NCBI GenBank assembly: GCA_028534125.1
Contig: CM052827.1
Location: 34,782,001-34,846,000 of the forward strand
Direction: 5' to 3'
Length of the DNA: 64,000 nucleotides
Source: Lama glama
Taxonomy: Eukaryota
Below, in pieces: positions 1-11,559 of the stretch (the first letter of the stretch is position 1; the number at the start of each line of letters is the position of its first letter). The notes below the pieces were generated by a model. That model ran no database searches. It saw only the letters and a program-made list of their open reading frames with translations, and was not told the origin of the DNA. The translations under genes were made by a program, and so were the position numbers.

Positions 1-827
1 CCACGGCCAGCCCCGTTCCTGGCCTGGCCCCCAGCAGGGGGGTCGAAGGCTTCGGGGGGCCGGCCCCCCTCATCACCACCGATGCGCACGATGCAGGCAT
101 CCTCAAGGCTGCCACTGTCGGTTGCGGCGGGGTCCCCAGAGGCCAGGCCATTGGCAGCCTCATCATTGGGGTGACGCCCGCCGTCGCCCTTGTACTCCAC
201 AGAGGCCGTCCTCTTAATGCTTCCAGGGACGGCCCGGGGCACGCCATCACTTCCCTGCGGTGACACCAGACTACTGAAGCTGGCCGCGCTGATGGAGGTA
301 TTGGTGGGTGAGTCGATGTAGATTTTGATCTGGGGCCTGCTGGCTCCATTGCGGATTCTCTGCCCTATCTCTTTGGCCCGGGCTTGGGTGTTGAAAACGT
401 TGTTGAACCTGGCCAGTGAATCAGGGAGGAGGCAGAGGTTGGCGGTGGCAAAACAGAAGCTTTTGCCAGGACCAGTACCCTTCCATTCACTAAGCAGGGC
501 TGCCCCGCCGGTAGGGCCCTTGTCCTCCAGCCGGGAGTAGACGTAGGGCCGGCGGGCAGACTGCAGGGGGGACCAGAGGAGGAACCCAAGGAATGCGAAG
601 GGCAGTGAGGCGACCAGGAGGGCCAGGTAGACGGGTGTGAAGAGCACGGTGCAGAGCAGCTGGAGGTAGCACGGGTCGTCAGCCCGCTGGCGTTTCTCGT
701 AGGTGGTGGGTATGAAGGAGGCCAAGAGCCGGTCCGCCAGCCAGTAGCATGGGAAGATGAGGGCCCAGGACACGGCGTGCAGGGCGGACAGACAGCTATT
801 GGGAAAGGGGGTTGTGTACAAAACCAT
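1..827 (-). CDS. SMPD3: Sphingomyelin phosphodiesterase 3 (nSMase2), N-terminal 275 codons; partial, continues past the left edge
   Basis: Hand translation from ATG at 827: MVLYTTPFPNSCLSALHAVSWALIFPCYWLADRLLASFIPTTYEKRQRADDPCYLQLLCTVLFTPVYLALLVASLPFAFLGFLLWSPLQSARRPYVYSRLEDKG...KSFCFATANLCLLPDSLARFNNVFNTQARAKEIGQRIRNGASRPQIKIYIDSPTNTSISAASFSSLVSPQG...SIKRTASVEYKGDGGRH...; open to position 1; matches the recalled nSMase2 N-terminus (two hydrophobic segments, PQIKIY motif); Kozak gcgATGG. Confidence 0.98.
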   Translation of the reverse strand, partial: MVLYTTPFPNSCLSALHAVSWALIFPCYWLADRLLASFIPTTYEKRQRADDPCYLQLLCTVLFTPVYLALLVASLPFAFLGFLLWSPLQSARRPYVYSRLEDKGPTGGAALLSEWKGTGPGKSFCFATANLCLLPDSLARFNNVFNTQARAKEIGQRIRNGASRPQIKIYIDSPTNTSISAASFSSLVSPQGSDGVPRAVPGSIKRTASVEYKGDGGRHPNDEAANGLASGDPAATDSGSLEDACIVRIGGDEGGRPPEAFDPPAGGQARNGAGR

Positions 828-1039
828 CGCAGCTCACTGGGCGCCGCGGCCGGCCCTACTACATGGTGTCCGTGGCAGTGCGGGCACTTTCCTGGGTGGG
901 GTGGGTGAGTAGGGGGCAGCTGGAGGAGGGGTCACCTCCTGGTGAGACGGGACTCTGGATGGTCAGCGGCACGTGTTAGCCAGCCAGTCATGGTTCACCT
1001 CAGTGGGCCATGCTGGGCCACCAAGGCCTGCTGGAGAAC
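828..1039 (-). other. SMPD3: 5'UTR portion (212 nt) of the first coding exon of SMPD3
   Basis: Strong acceptor on the minus strand, tctcctcactttgttttgcAG|GTTCTCC, with AG at 1041-1040. Confidence 0.85.
856..1011 (-). promoter_or_regulatory. Three upstream ORFs in the SMPD3 leader
   Basis: 1011-1000 ATG GCC CAC TGA; 991-932 MTGWLTRAADHPESRLTRR*; 864-856 ATG TAG TAG; all have A at -3. Confidence 0.7.
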
Positions 1040-1223
1040 CTGCAAAACAAAGTGAGGAGACTTTCATTCATCTTTAGGGGAGCAGGTCAGATGCTGGGGC
1101 CATTGACTTGCTCACCCTGTTCCTGCCTCCTCTGACTGTTCCAAGGACCAGGCCAGAGCCAGCAGGCTCTCTTGGGGTGTTTGGGGCCAGGAGCTGGCCT
1201 GGCCCACTCCATTTTCCTGTATG

Positions 1224-1289
1224 TGTTTGGTTCTCTTAGAGTAAACTGCTTGGTGATGTTTGGTTCTCTTAGAGTAAACTGCTTGGTGA
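1224..1289. repeat. Perfect 33-bp tandem duplication
   Basis: tgtttggttctcttagagtaaactgcttggtga at 1224-1256 and 1257-1289. Confidence 0.97.
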
Positions 1290-4200
1290 CATGACTGTCT
1301 CTAGCTGACCATTTTGACCTTGTAACCTAATTGGTTGAAAACTGGCCCAGGATTTGGGGAGCCAGGGGTGTGTTCAGAACAGGTGAGGGGAGAGCCTGAG
1401 TCAGAGGCACTGCAAACACAGATGCCTGTCACTGAGTGCCCACTGGGTCAAGACAGTGAGAGAATAAACTGCAGAGAAAAGGTGCCAGAGGGTCCTAGGG
1501 TGGAGGGCAGTGTGGCTGGCAGGACCCCTGGGAGGAGGGCCCCCCACAACTAGGCTCTCACTGTGCCCCAGCTTCCAGCCTCAGACCATCGCTGCCATCC
1601 CACCCCTGCTGACCCCCAGCAGAAATCCCTGCCTGACAAGGATCCAGGCACAGCATGGGCCTTCCCAGGTTCCAGAATGATCAGAGTTACCCAGTTACAG
1701 GGGACTCTGATGCTCTCTGTGACTTTTGAAGAAGCTCCCTGAGGTTTGAGGGTCGGCCCCAAGCTTCTCTCAGCCCCCAAGGTGTAGTTTCAGGGCCCAG
1801 CTAAGGTCCACAGCTGCCAGAGTGAGTCACCCCAGGTCCCGACCCCAGCCAGTGCAGGAGCTGCCTTGGATCTCAGAGCAGGCCCAGGGCCCCGCATGGG
1901 AGAGGCCGCAGGTGCAGTCATTGTGCTGAATGTAGAATCAATAAAGACAAGAGTCTGGAGTGTTTACCCAGCCTCCAGGAACCCAAGGCTGATCCTTCTG
2001 TGGTAAAGCTGGTATAAGCATAACGCAGAGTTTTCATGACCAGATCAGCTGGGGAACTCGTTTCCTGCTCACTGTCTCACTGGCCCAGCCCTGTCTGCCC
2101 TGGCACCTTGGCGTCTGTGTCCATTACGCCATTCGTCCTGGCCCCACACCCTCCCTTCTTCCTGCCTTCCTGGTCACCCCAGCCAGGACCTGGGTGCATT
2201 GTGGACTCCGCCCTCCCTCAGTCCCTACGTCCCATGAGTCCGTCTTATGTATCCAAGCACCCCTGCAGCCCCTGTGCTGGTCCAGGACTGTGACACACAT
2301 CACTCACTTTCCTGGCCTTTTCCCCATCAGGCCATCCTCCACATGATGGCTAGAGGGACTCTGTCTAATCTGACCATGTCACAGACGCTTCAGCCCCATT
2401 GAGGCCTTGCTCAGCCCTTTTGGGCACTGCATCTCCTCAGCCAGGCCTGCCCATGTCTGCAGCCCCAGCCACCTTTGTGCTCACCTCCCAGTTGCTGGGG
2501 TGTGGTTTCCTGTTCATGCCCTGCTATTTCCTCTGGCCCTCGTCTAGCCCACCGCTCTTCTTCTAAGATTCAGCTTAGAAATCACCTCCTCAGGCTCTTT
2601 TGTCCCCCTTGCCAGATGGCTTACCTCCACTGTACCCCTTTTGCGTGGCCTGGTCTCTGCAGTTCTAGATCATGAATGCTCACAGTGTGACGCTACCTCC
2701 CCAGCAGAATCAGGGACTTCTTGAAAGAAGGGGCTACACTGAGGGTGCTGTGGATCCAGGGGCTGCACCAGGAGGAGCTCAGGAAATGAGTGAGTGAATG
2801 TTGGTTGATCAGCCCCACAGTGTCAGTCACACTTCCGTGGCCACCATTTGAACAGAATATAGTGTCTAAAGATGAACCTGAAGCTGGTGGCTGTGTCTGG
2901 TTCTGGAGAAAATGTTTCACAAAGGTTTTACTTACTTCAGAGGAAATCACGTTGAAGCAAACACTGGAAGTTTACGGTTTGGAGAAGCAGGTATGTCTAC
3001 TCACCACAGCCATCTGACTAGGAGCCCCTCCCTCAGGTGTGAGCAATGAGGCTTACCGTCAAGGATGATGATGAAGCCAGAAGGCCATCCTCTGCATTCC
3101 TCCCACCCCCATGATATCCTGGAGCCTCAGACTCTACAGTGGCCTTCACCATCTCCCCTACACCCAATCCAGTCTCTGTCTAGGGACACTTTGTGCTCCT
3201 GTCCTCAGTAACCTCTTTCCTCACCCAGCCCCGACCTGGACTCCCCCATCATCTCAGATGCGCACTGCTGTCTGACCCCCAGGCGCCTGCACCTGCCGGG
3301 CTCTCTTCCTGAAACTCCTCTCCTGCCTTGTCTCTATCAGCTACTCCTTACTTACTTTTCAGGGCCCAGCTGAGATGCCACCTCCTGGGGTAAGGGGTAG
3401 GGGTGTCTGCCTTGATCCATCTAAGGCTGCCTGTGACCCCTGAAACCCTCTCCAAACTGTGCTGCCCTCCAAGCAGGACTGGCTCATGTTCCACGGAGTG
3501 GCCGTAGCCTTGTTACGGGTCAGAGGTAAACACAGCCTAGCTTCGTAAAAGGCTTCCTGAGAGAAATTTCTTAAACCTGTTCTCCTGTGTGGCTCATCCC
3601 CAGCACTGGCTGATCAGGGTTGGGATTTGCTGTTAGCCATGACAGGGCTATTTGAGGGGCATGGGGGCTCTTCAGCTGCCCTAGGTCTTCCTTACTCCTG
3701 CTGTGGCCCCAGAAGCCCTTCTGGGCAGGTTCCCTCCCCAGCCCTGCCTGCAGTGTCAGCGGTAGGCGTGATCTTTCTGCCTCCCCTGGGCAGGTCATAG
3801 GGATGTTTTTGGTCTCCATTCAGACATCAATGGGTTTAGGTGGCTGGCAGCCCAGAGGGCTGACAGGCAGCAGTGGCCACCACGACAGTCCTCCAAGATG
3901 TGGCAGACCTGAGCACCTCAGCGCTTCCTGCCTGCCAATCCTGGCCCTTCACAGCTACCTTGGGTCCCCTGTCCAGAGCCCCCCCACCAGCCTCCCCTCC
4001 CACAGCACCGTGGACAGAAGGAGCCTCTAGGGGCTGCCCACCTGCCCTGCTCCTGCATACAGTCCCTGCATCTACTCACAGAAGCTGCTGACGCAGTTGA
4101 CACAAAAGGGATTGCCACCAGTGGAGCCAGTTTCTAAAGCTCTGTGGTTAATTATTTTGTCTCGGTGAAGTGAAAGGAGGGTAAACAAACAACAACACAT

Positions 4201-6239
4201 TAATTAGTCTGATCTGCACTTTCCCCATGAAAGAGAGCGAGAGTTAAACACTGGGGGCTGGCAGCTTCTCAGAGAACCTAGAGTCCTGGGAGGGCTGGCT
4301 GGGCAGGATGCGGCACACAGGGCCCAGCCTGCGCCCTTTCCAGCCCAGGTTCTGTCTCCCAGTGAGGAACTCCTGCCCCTCCTCCATGCCCCAGTTCTCC
4401 GCTTCCAAGTCCTGGCACTGGCACCTTTGCCACACTGAGCCTGTCATGGGACTGACAGGTCCCTCAAAGGCCATGTGTGCTGAGCTGTTGCCTGTCAACC
4501 CCGCAGGGTGGACTGCTCTTTCGGGTTCCTGTTTTAAAGCCTACAGTCACCCTCGGGCTTATCCTTATTCTGAATCCTAGTATGTGGCTTCCAGGGTTGC
4601 CTGGGATACCATCTGCCCCAATATCATGGTTTCCAGATGGGCTGGAGACCCAGACACCCTCAGGTCCCCATGGTCACTCCTGAGCACTGGGGTCAGTGTA
4701 GAGGTCTACACAGTGTCCACAGGAGGGCTCCCAGCAGTCAGAACTTTGTCTTAGAAGTAAAGACCCAGGCTTGCTCCTTAACCCAATTATGTGGCCTATT
4801 AGGTCCTGGGCAGGATCCGAGAGATTACAGGCCCAGCCACTCCCAAGCATGCAGTGCCTGGGGCATTGACAGAAAGCAGCTCACACAGCAGTTAGTCCTG
4901 TGGGTACTGATAATCTCTTGTGACCTGTCAACACTGAGACCCTGGTTGCTAACCTGTGACCTGTAGCTACCACAACACGGGAAAGGAGGACTCTGCTTAA
5001 AGTCACTATCCTGAGGGCTCTGGGGCAGGCTAATCTGCCATCCCCTGGAGAGGGCATCCCCAATAAGAGGGCCTGACCAGACCTGGTCCTGTTTGGGTAT
5101 TGAAGATGAAGGGGTCAGGGAGGCAAGTCCCAGTAGCCTTGGTGGGCCAGCAGCAGTGGACAGGACTTCTGCTACTGGATGCCAAATAAGACTGGCATCA
5201 AGACAGCCATCCCACTTCCATCTCCCTGGGAAGTGGACCTGGCATGTGTGCTGGTATCCAAGATGAGCTGTACAGAGGCCCAAAATGTCCTAGGGCTACT
5301 GGCTTTGAATTTCTCCTGTGGCGTGAAAGTAAGCCAGACCAGTTCTTCTGGTCAAAGCAAGCCCTAGCCCCTCTGAGGAAGCCGCACCATCTTTTGGGAT
5401 CTCTGAGCCTTTCTTGGGGAACTTCTGGGAATTTGATGAGGGTCAGGAGTTGCCCCATGTTGGGCTAGGATGGGACCTGGCCTTCCCACACCCCTTCCAT
5501 CTAGTCCTCATGCCTGCTGAGCCCTCCCTTCCCAGCAGCAGGGCTGGGAGTCCTGGAGCAGAGGGACCTCCTCACATCCTCTCTGTGTCCACAGGTTCAT
5601 ATCTAGCAGGAGCTGGGCCAAGCCCCAGGTTTCCGCAGGAAAGGCAGAAAGGATTGCTCCAACCCAATTACCAGAATGTGCTCATATCATTGGCAGCACT
5701 GAGATCGGCCGGCCCGTTTCTGCCTGGATGCCTGCTGGGGTGGGGTTGGCATGGCAACATGAGCTCTGAGCTGCCGAAACTTGGAGTCAACTCGTTGCCA
5801 GGAGGACAGAAAGAACGACAGAAGAGGATGCCTTTCTGTGTGATGTAGGTCAGACAAATCCTGGCTAATCCCTGAAAGCCACATACCATAAGCAGAACTG
5901 GGGCCTGGGGTCTGGCATGAATTCATGCGATGTAACGACAACTCCCACTTACACAGCTGTGCCAGGTAAATGCCTAGTCACCTTTCGAGATCCAAAGCGC
6001 CTGCCTCCCTTAAAGCCCTCCCTGGCCTCCCGACCCCTCTTACACCCTCCCTCCCTTGCAAAACCCCTGACTGTTCCTCTAATCAGAAGCATCTATTTGC
6101 CCCCCACCAGCCTGGGAACTCCCAGCAGAGCAACAGCAAGACCCAAATCCTAGCCTTCTCCAGCTCTGTGGCTGTGGCAGTCCTGCTTTTGTTTGCCCTG
6201 CTCCAATCCAGAGGGAGGACTATGCGCCACACCAGGCCA

Positions 6240-6581
6240 ATTGGCACCACAGCCCCTTGATCCCAAGCTGAACAATCACACGACCCTAGCTCTTTCTGGG
6301 CCCTTCAGGAAAGAGGCCTGCATTTTCTCTGAGATGGAAGCACTGAGAGCCTGAAGCTTTTGGAGCCTTCCTTGAGAGTGAATCCAATTTAGAGGAAAAC
6401 AGACCTTAGATCTAGAAGGAGAGAGGCCAAGTCCCAGTGACATCTTTGAGCTTGTTTCCCTATGCTTGGGACCAACATAATGCCCAGACTTTCCAATTGG
6501 CAAAATACCCTTTTCTTTGTTCTAGACACCTTGAGTTGGGTTTCTGTCACTTGCCACCGAAAGAGTCCTGTCTCGTATACA
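6240..6581 (+). mobile_element. Old MaLR LTR fragment (MLT1J/K-like)
   Basis: Typical MLT1 3' end: gagttgggtttctgtcacttgccaccgaaagagtcctg...taca. Confidence 0.65.
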
Positions 6582-6764
6582 CCTGCTACATGATCTTTCT
6601 AAAACTTAGTTCTTATCAGTTCCCTTCCTGTGTAGACCTCCTGTGGGACCTCCTGTGATACCCCTTGGCCTGCCCACTGAGCAAAGGGGGGCCCCCTCCT
6701 GAGTCCTCGAAGGCCTGGCAAGATCCGGTGCCTGCAGTTTGTGCCCCACGAGCATATCCCAGAG

Positions 6765-7160
6765 ATAGCAGTGTAGACATTACAGGCACAGACTCTGGTG
6801 TCAGATGTGCCGGGTTCAGGTTCTGCTGATATTGGACAAGTTACTTAACTGATTCTGAACTGTAGTTTCCTTATCTGTTAAACACACATAGTAAGAATAT
6901 CTCAGGGCAGTTGGAGATGATGCATGGGCAGCACTTATCACGGTGTCTGCCACATCTCTAGTGCAGTCAGCCCTCCGTAAATGCGGTTCCTCAGTCTTCC
7001 ATACCCGTGGATGTAGAACCCGTGGATATGGAGGGCCAACTATAAGGGACTTGAGCATCTCTGGACGTTGGTATCTGTGGAAGGTCCTGGAATCAATCCC
7101 CTGTGGATACTAAGGGATGACTATAATATTATTTTTATTATTGTTACTACTATTACTGTT
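6765..7160 (+). mobile_element. MIR SINE interrupted by a Tigger-type element
   Basis: MIR core ttggacaagttacttaac...gtttccttatctgt; (att/act)n tail resumes after 7123. Confidence 0.7.
6964..7123. mobile_element. Non-autonomous TcMar-Tigger DNA transposon (Tigger3/MER7-like)
   Basis: Imperfect terminal inverted repeats cagtcagccctccgta ... tactaagggatgacta; internal ataagggacttgagcatc...gtcctggaatcaatcccc. Confidence 0.75.
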
Positions 7161-9689
7161 AATTTCCTTGCTGCAAAAGCCCTTGGTACTGCTGGAGCTT
7201 CAAAGTTTCCTCCTTGTGTGGTTGGTTGCTTGACAAGGAACATGACGTGCTAATCCAGATGAGGGGTGAGGATGGTGCAGGGATGCCAGGGCCTCCATCT
7301 CTGGGCAGGACTGTCTGTTGTGGGCTGCTCATACAAGCCCAAGTGAGAGGCCTCTGCAGATGCCAAATGCAGGCAGAAGGGCCATAAAATTTTCAAAAAG
7401 AAACTTTCCATGGGAGCTATTAATGCATCATGTGGTTTCTGAGAATAGGAACAGGCTGCAAGCAGCTCTGTGGCACTCCTTCAATCAGCCAGCCTTGGCA
7501 TTTCCATGTCAGAACTCAGAAAGCCCAGATGAAGCCAATTCTTGCATGACTGGAAAGAAAATCTCTAGCCAGGTTGGCGGTATACATGCCAAGGTGCCTG
7601 AACTAACCTGATATTTAAAATTGCAGTACCTCTGGGTCCCTTGGGGCACTTGCCCTGGGAGTACCGGCTCCATCATAGGAGGGTGCTGAGTTTGAAGATC
7701 TGGCCACCCTACCCTCTATGGCCTGCCATTCCAGAATCATCTATTGGTGACCAAAAAGGGGGCCATTAAGGGGAAGGCTGGATGGTGGCTGATACCTAAA
7801 TCTATACCCAAGCCATCCTGAGCCGCATCTTCTCTCATCCTCATTTACCATTGTCTGACACTCAAGAACCTGCCTGCAGCCAGATCTGTCTGCCTAGAGT
7901 CTGCTGGAAGCTGAGGCCCACAGGGCTCCCACCAGTCCTGTGCTCTCAAAGGGGCTGGGCCCAGGGTTGGGGAGATCCTGAAGGGTGAGGGCTTCCTCCA
8001 TGATGAAAATCAGGTCTGAGATTGCTCTGTTCACAGGATCTGCTCCACTTGGCACTGACAGGGCAGCGCCAGGGCACTGCCTTAATCGAGGCCCAAATCA
8101 GGAGCCCATGTGCCAATAGCTGAGCATCTGGATGGGCATGGGCCGCCTACCTCAAGGGCTCTGAGCCGGCCCAGGTGCTAAACTCTGTGTCTGAGCATCG
8201 CCTCACAAACATCCAGAAGCAGGAGATCCTGGAACCCCCCAGCAGGTCACATCACCTGCCTCAGGTGATCCCTATGCTGTCTGCTGCGTGACTAGCTAGG
8301 GGCCAGCCCCCAACATGCACCTGGTTGGCCAGCACCACCTCCACCCTCAGGAGAGTCCCTCCTCATAGACATCAGGAGGAATCTCGCTTCTCTCAGGCTC
8401 TGCTGTTGAGGCTTCTGTCCCAGCAAAGTCCCTGCTTCCCTGACATGAGGGCTGATGTTAATGGTTCATGAGCTGAACAAGGCTTGGAACATAGTTTGCT
8501 TAAGAAGCAATGACAACATACTTTCTGTGGGAGTAGAACTTTAAATACAAGTCCACACAAATGGCAGGATTTATGCAGACTCAGTGTTCAGCTGCGTTTC
8601 AAGTACAGCGTTTCCTCCTGGAATGGGTTGGCCTGCTGAACAGTGTGTAGGCATTTCAAGGCACCAGAGAACACAGATAAAGACAACAAACCTCCCTAAA
8701 ACGGAACAGACTTGCTAAAGTTCTTCCGAAGGGAATCATTTCACATTCAGCCTCAAGTTTTGTATGCAAAGAACATTTAACAAACCGAGTCCTGGAGGAG
8801 AATTTATGCAGAGATTAAAAAGCAAATCAGTGTGAATGAGTAAATAAAATCAGGCGTCAGCACCTCATCCACCCTCCTCACAGCACTGGGCAGTCAGGCC
8901 CGAGGGCTACATTTCTGCACCAAGACTGGATCTCACTCACCACTGAGGGCTGAAGCCCTTTGTCCCGGACCCTTTCAGAGACCTTGGACCCCAGGCCACT
9001 GCTACCCTCAGGTCCACAGTACCATAAGAGCCCTTGGCTCTGAGAGAACCAGCCAGAAGACCCCATCCCCCTGAGAGAGGATGCCCCAGCTCAGGCTGAA
9101 CCATGGACTGCTTGCTTGAGGAGGCCTCTGACCTGCCTGTGGGGCTGTCCTGGGCCCGTTCCAGAATTTGTAACTGGGAGGGGATCGGGACTGCTGGAGT
9201 CTGTTGCCCAGGGGTATGGGCCTCAAAGCTTCATTTGCATACGATTGCGAATTAGTCATTCATCCTCAGCAAAGACCAGTAGGAAGACATCATGGGGGTC
9301 TACAGCCCCCTAAGTTCCCTCTAATTGCTGCTACCAAACCTGCCTTCCAAACCTGTCTTCTGAGGCTCTGGGTTCCAATTAACCCCTGGTCCTCTGGTAG
9401 TGGTGCATTGTCTACACCTGCTTTTGGCTGTTGAATCCTACATTTCTGAAAAGGGGGACAAGACCTCTTGGCTCTGGTCATGGAGACCACATGTCCCAGA
9501 TTGCAGATGTAGACATGCTAGTATAGACCATGACACGTCTTTATTCAGGAGTGACTAACTTAAAAGATAAGCATGCTTTGCCTTCATGAAGATCCGGGTA
9601 GTCTTTTCTTCCCTTTGTGTCCACATCTGCCTCCAAGCCTGGGACAGGACTCTTGCCTCACTTCCTCTGGCCCCGAGAGCAACAGGAGC

Positions 9690-9880
9690 ATGCTTTCTAG
9701 GCATGAGGCAGGATTGTACCTCCCAGTCTCCTTCCAGTTGGGTAGGATCGTGTGGCCAACTCTGGCCCATGAGCTGTGAGTGAATGATGTGTGTCACTGC
9801 TGGGCCAGAGTACTTAACAGCAGATGTGAGACCTTCTAAAGTTTTCTTCTTCTGCCACATTGACCTGGGTCCCCGGCTGA
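9690..9880 (+). mobile_element. MaLR LTR fragment (MLT1H/I-like)
   Basis: ctctggcccatgagctgtgagtgaatgatgtgtgtcactgctgggccagag resembles the MLT1 consensus. Confidence 0.6.
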
Positions 9881-11559
9881 ACAGACATGGAGCAGGGCTC
9901 CAGCTAACCCACATGTAGTAACCCATCCTATCCAGCCCAATAGAAGAAGGCTTCTGATTTGGCATTTAATCAGCCCATTTACTGAAAACAAACCTTCCTG
10001 ATTGACAGCCCTCGGTTTCCCAGGAATATGGAGAGATCTACTGTCCAGAACAGACTCTCTTCAAAAAGATCTTCACTTTAAATGATAATAATGGTGCTCC
10101 TCTGCCCTGAATCCAAACCAGATGAGTCACTAACTCTTTCCTATGCCCTCAATGTATGGACTGAAAGATTGATTCCTGCTTTGTACCTGTGGTCCTCAGG
10201 AGTCTGAGGCATCAGGGAGCTGAGCCTTAAACCTTTAATTTTTAGTAGAAACACTTTCTGCTTAGACAAGAGGCTGTGGCTGGTGATATAGGTAGCAAGG
10301 TAACTCCGTAGACATGGGGAAGTAAATCCACTGGAAACTTCCGCCAGGGATTGGTGTATGGGGTTGGTTCCAGGGGTCAAGCAGGGCCTGCAGGGGATGG
10401 GAGGAGGGAGACTTGAGGGTCCACTGAGGTGGACTGCAGGTTGAGGTGTAGTGAACAGCCTGTGCTTGATGCTCAGGGGTCAGAGCCAAGAGGCCAGGCG
10501 TGGTCAGGCTCTGCCAGGCTGTGCTGGCTGATGGGTGCCTGCCAGGGCTGGTCAGGGGCAGGGCCAGGGCCAGGGGCAGGGCAGCAGATGTCAAGCTGGG
10601 AGGCTGGGGGTGCCCGGCATCCATTCTCTGTAAGTCAGATGCAGCACTGAGACTGCTCGGGGTATTTCACAGCGAGGGCCCAAGAATTTCCAGAGGCAGA
10701 AACTTGCTTTCTAGGTGTGTATATTTGAATGTGGGGGTGTCCTCCTAGAGGGTATGGAGACAGAAGAGTGGTGGGTGGCAGGTGGAGCAAGCAGTGAGCA
10801 AGGGAGGGAGGTGAGGTGGGGCATCAGAGAGAGCTGAGGTTAGGCACTAGGGAGGCAGATTCACTCAGGAAATCCTGCGGGCTAGGCTGTGCCTTTGATT
10901 GCCACAGTGACTGCCACAGGAGGAGACACCGGGGGAGGAGCAGCTGTGGAAAATGGGCCTGAGAGGAGGATCCAATGCATTCAGTTAGAGTTCATCCCTA
11001 GTTGGGTTTGCTTAACTTAAATACCTAGAATGTCCACTTAGCATCCCACGTCCACCACGCAGACCAGACTAGCCCAGAGTCTCAGAGTAATAAGAGCTCG
11101 CCCGTGCTGGCTGCATTCTGCGAGGGCTGACCCTCTGGCTGGCTGAGGGTCTGGGCAGCCACCCAGCTTGAAGCTATCTGCACCACCCCCACTGCCAGGC
11201 AGAAGGTGGACAGGGTGTCTCACCAGACTTTCTGGTAAAGTTTTGGAAAGAAAATCTCCAGAACAGAGGTAAGCACCAATGAGAAAACAGTCTATGCAGT
11301 TTCAACCAGATTTGCTTTGAGAAAGAGGCTCAGCAGGAGTCTTAAGCTGCTTGATCCTCATCTGTCCCTCAGCTCTCTGCCCCATGGTCCTGGGCGACCA
11401 TCCTTCTTGTTCCCTTCCTATCTTTGGATTGCTTGCTATTTCTCAGAGCCCCTTGTCCCCTCTTCTCTGGCCCGCCCCCGAGGAGCCAGACCTTCCCCTG
11501 CCTCTTCTCTTGATTGATCTTTCATGGTTCACCTGTTCCCAGGTGACAGCTAGCCCAGG

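Noticed and set aside
1224-1289. CRISPR-like 33-bp repeat
   Set aside because: Two adjacent copies with no spacer, in a mammalian intron
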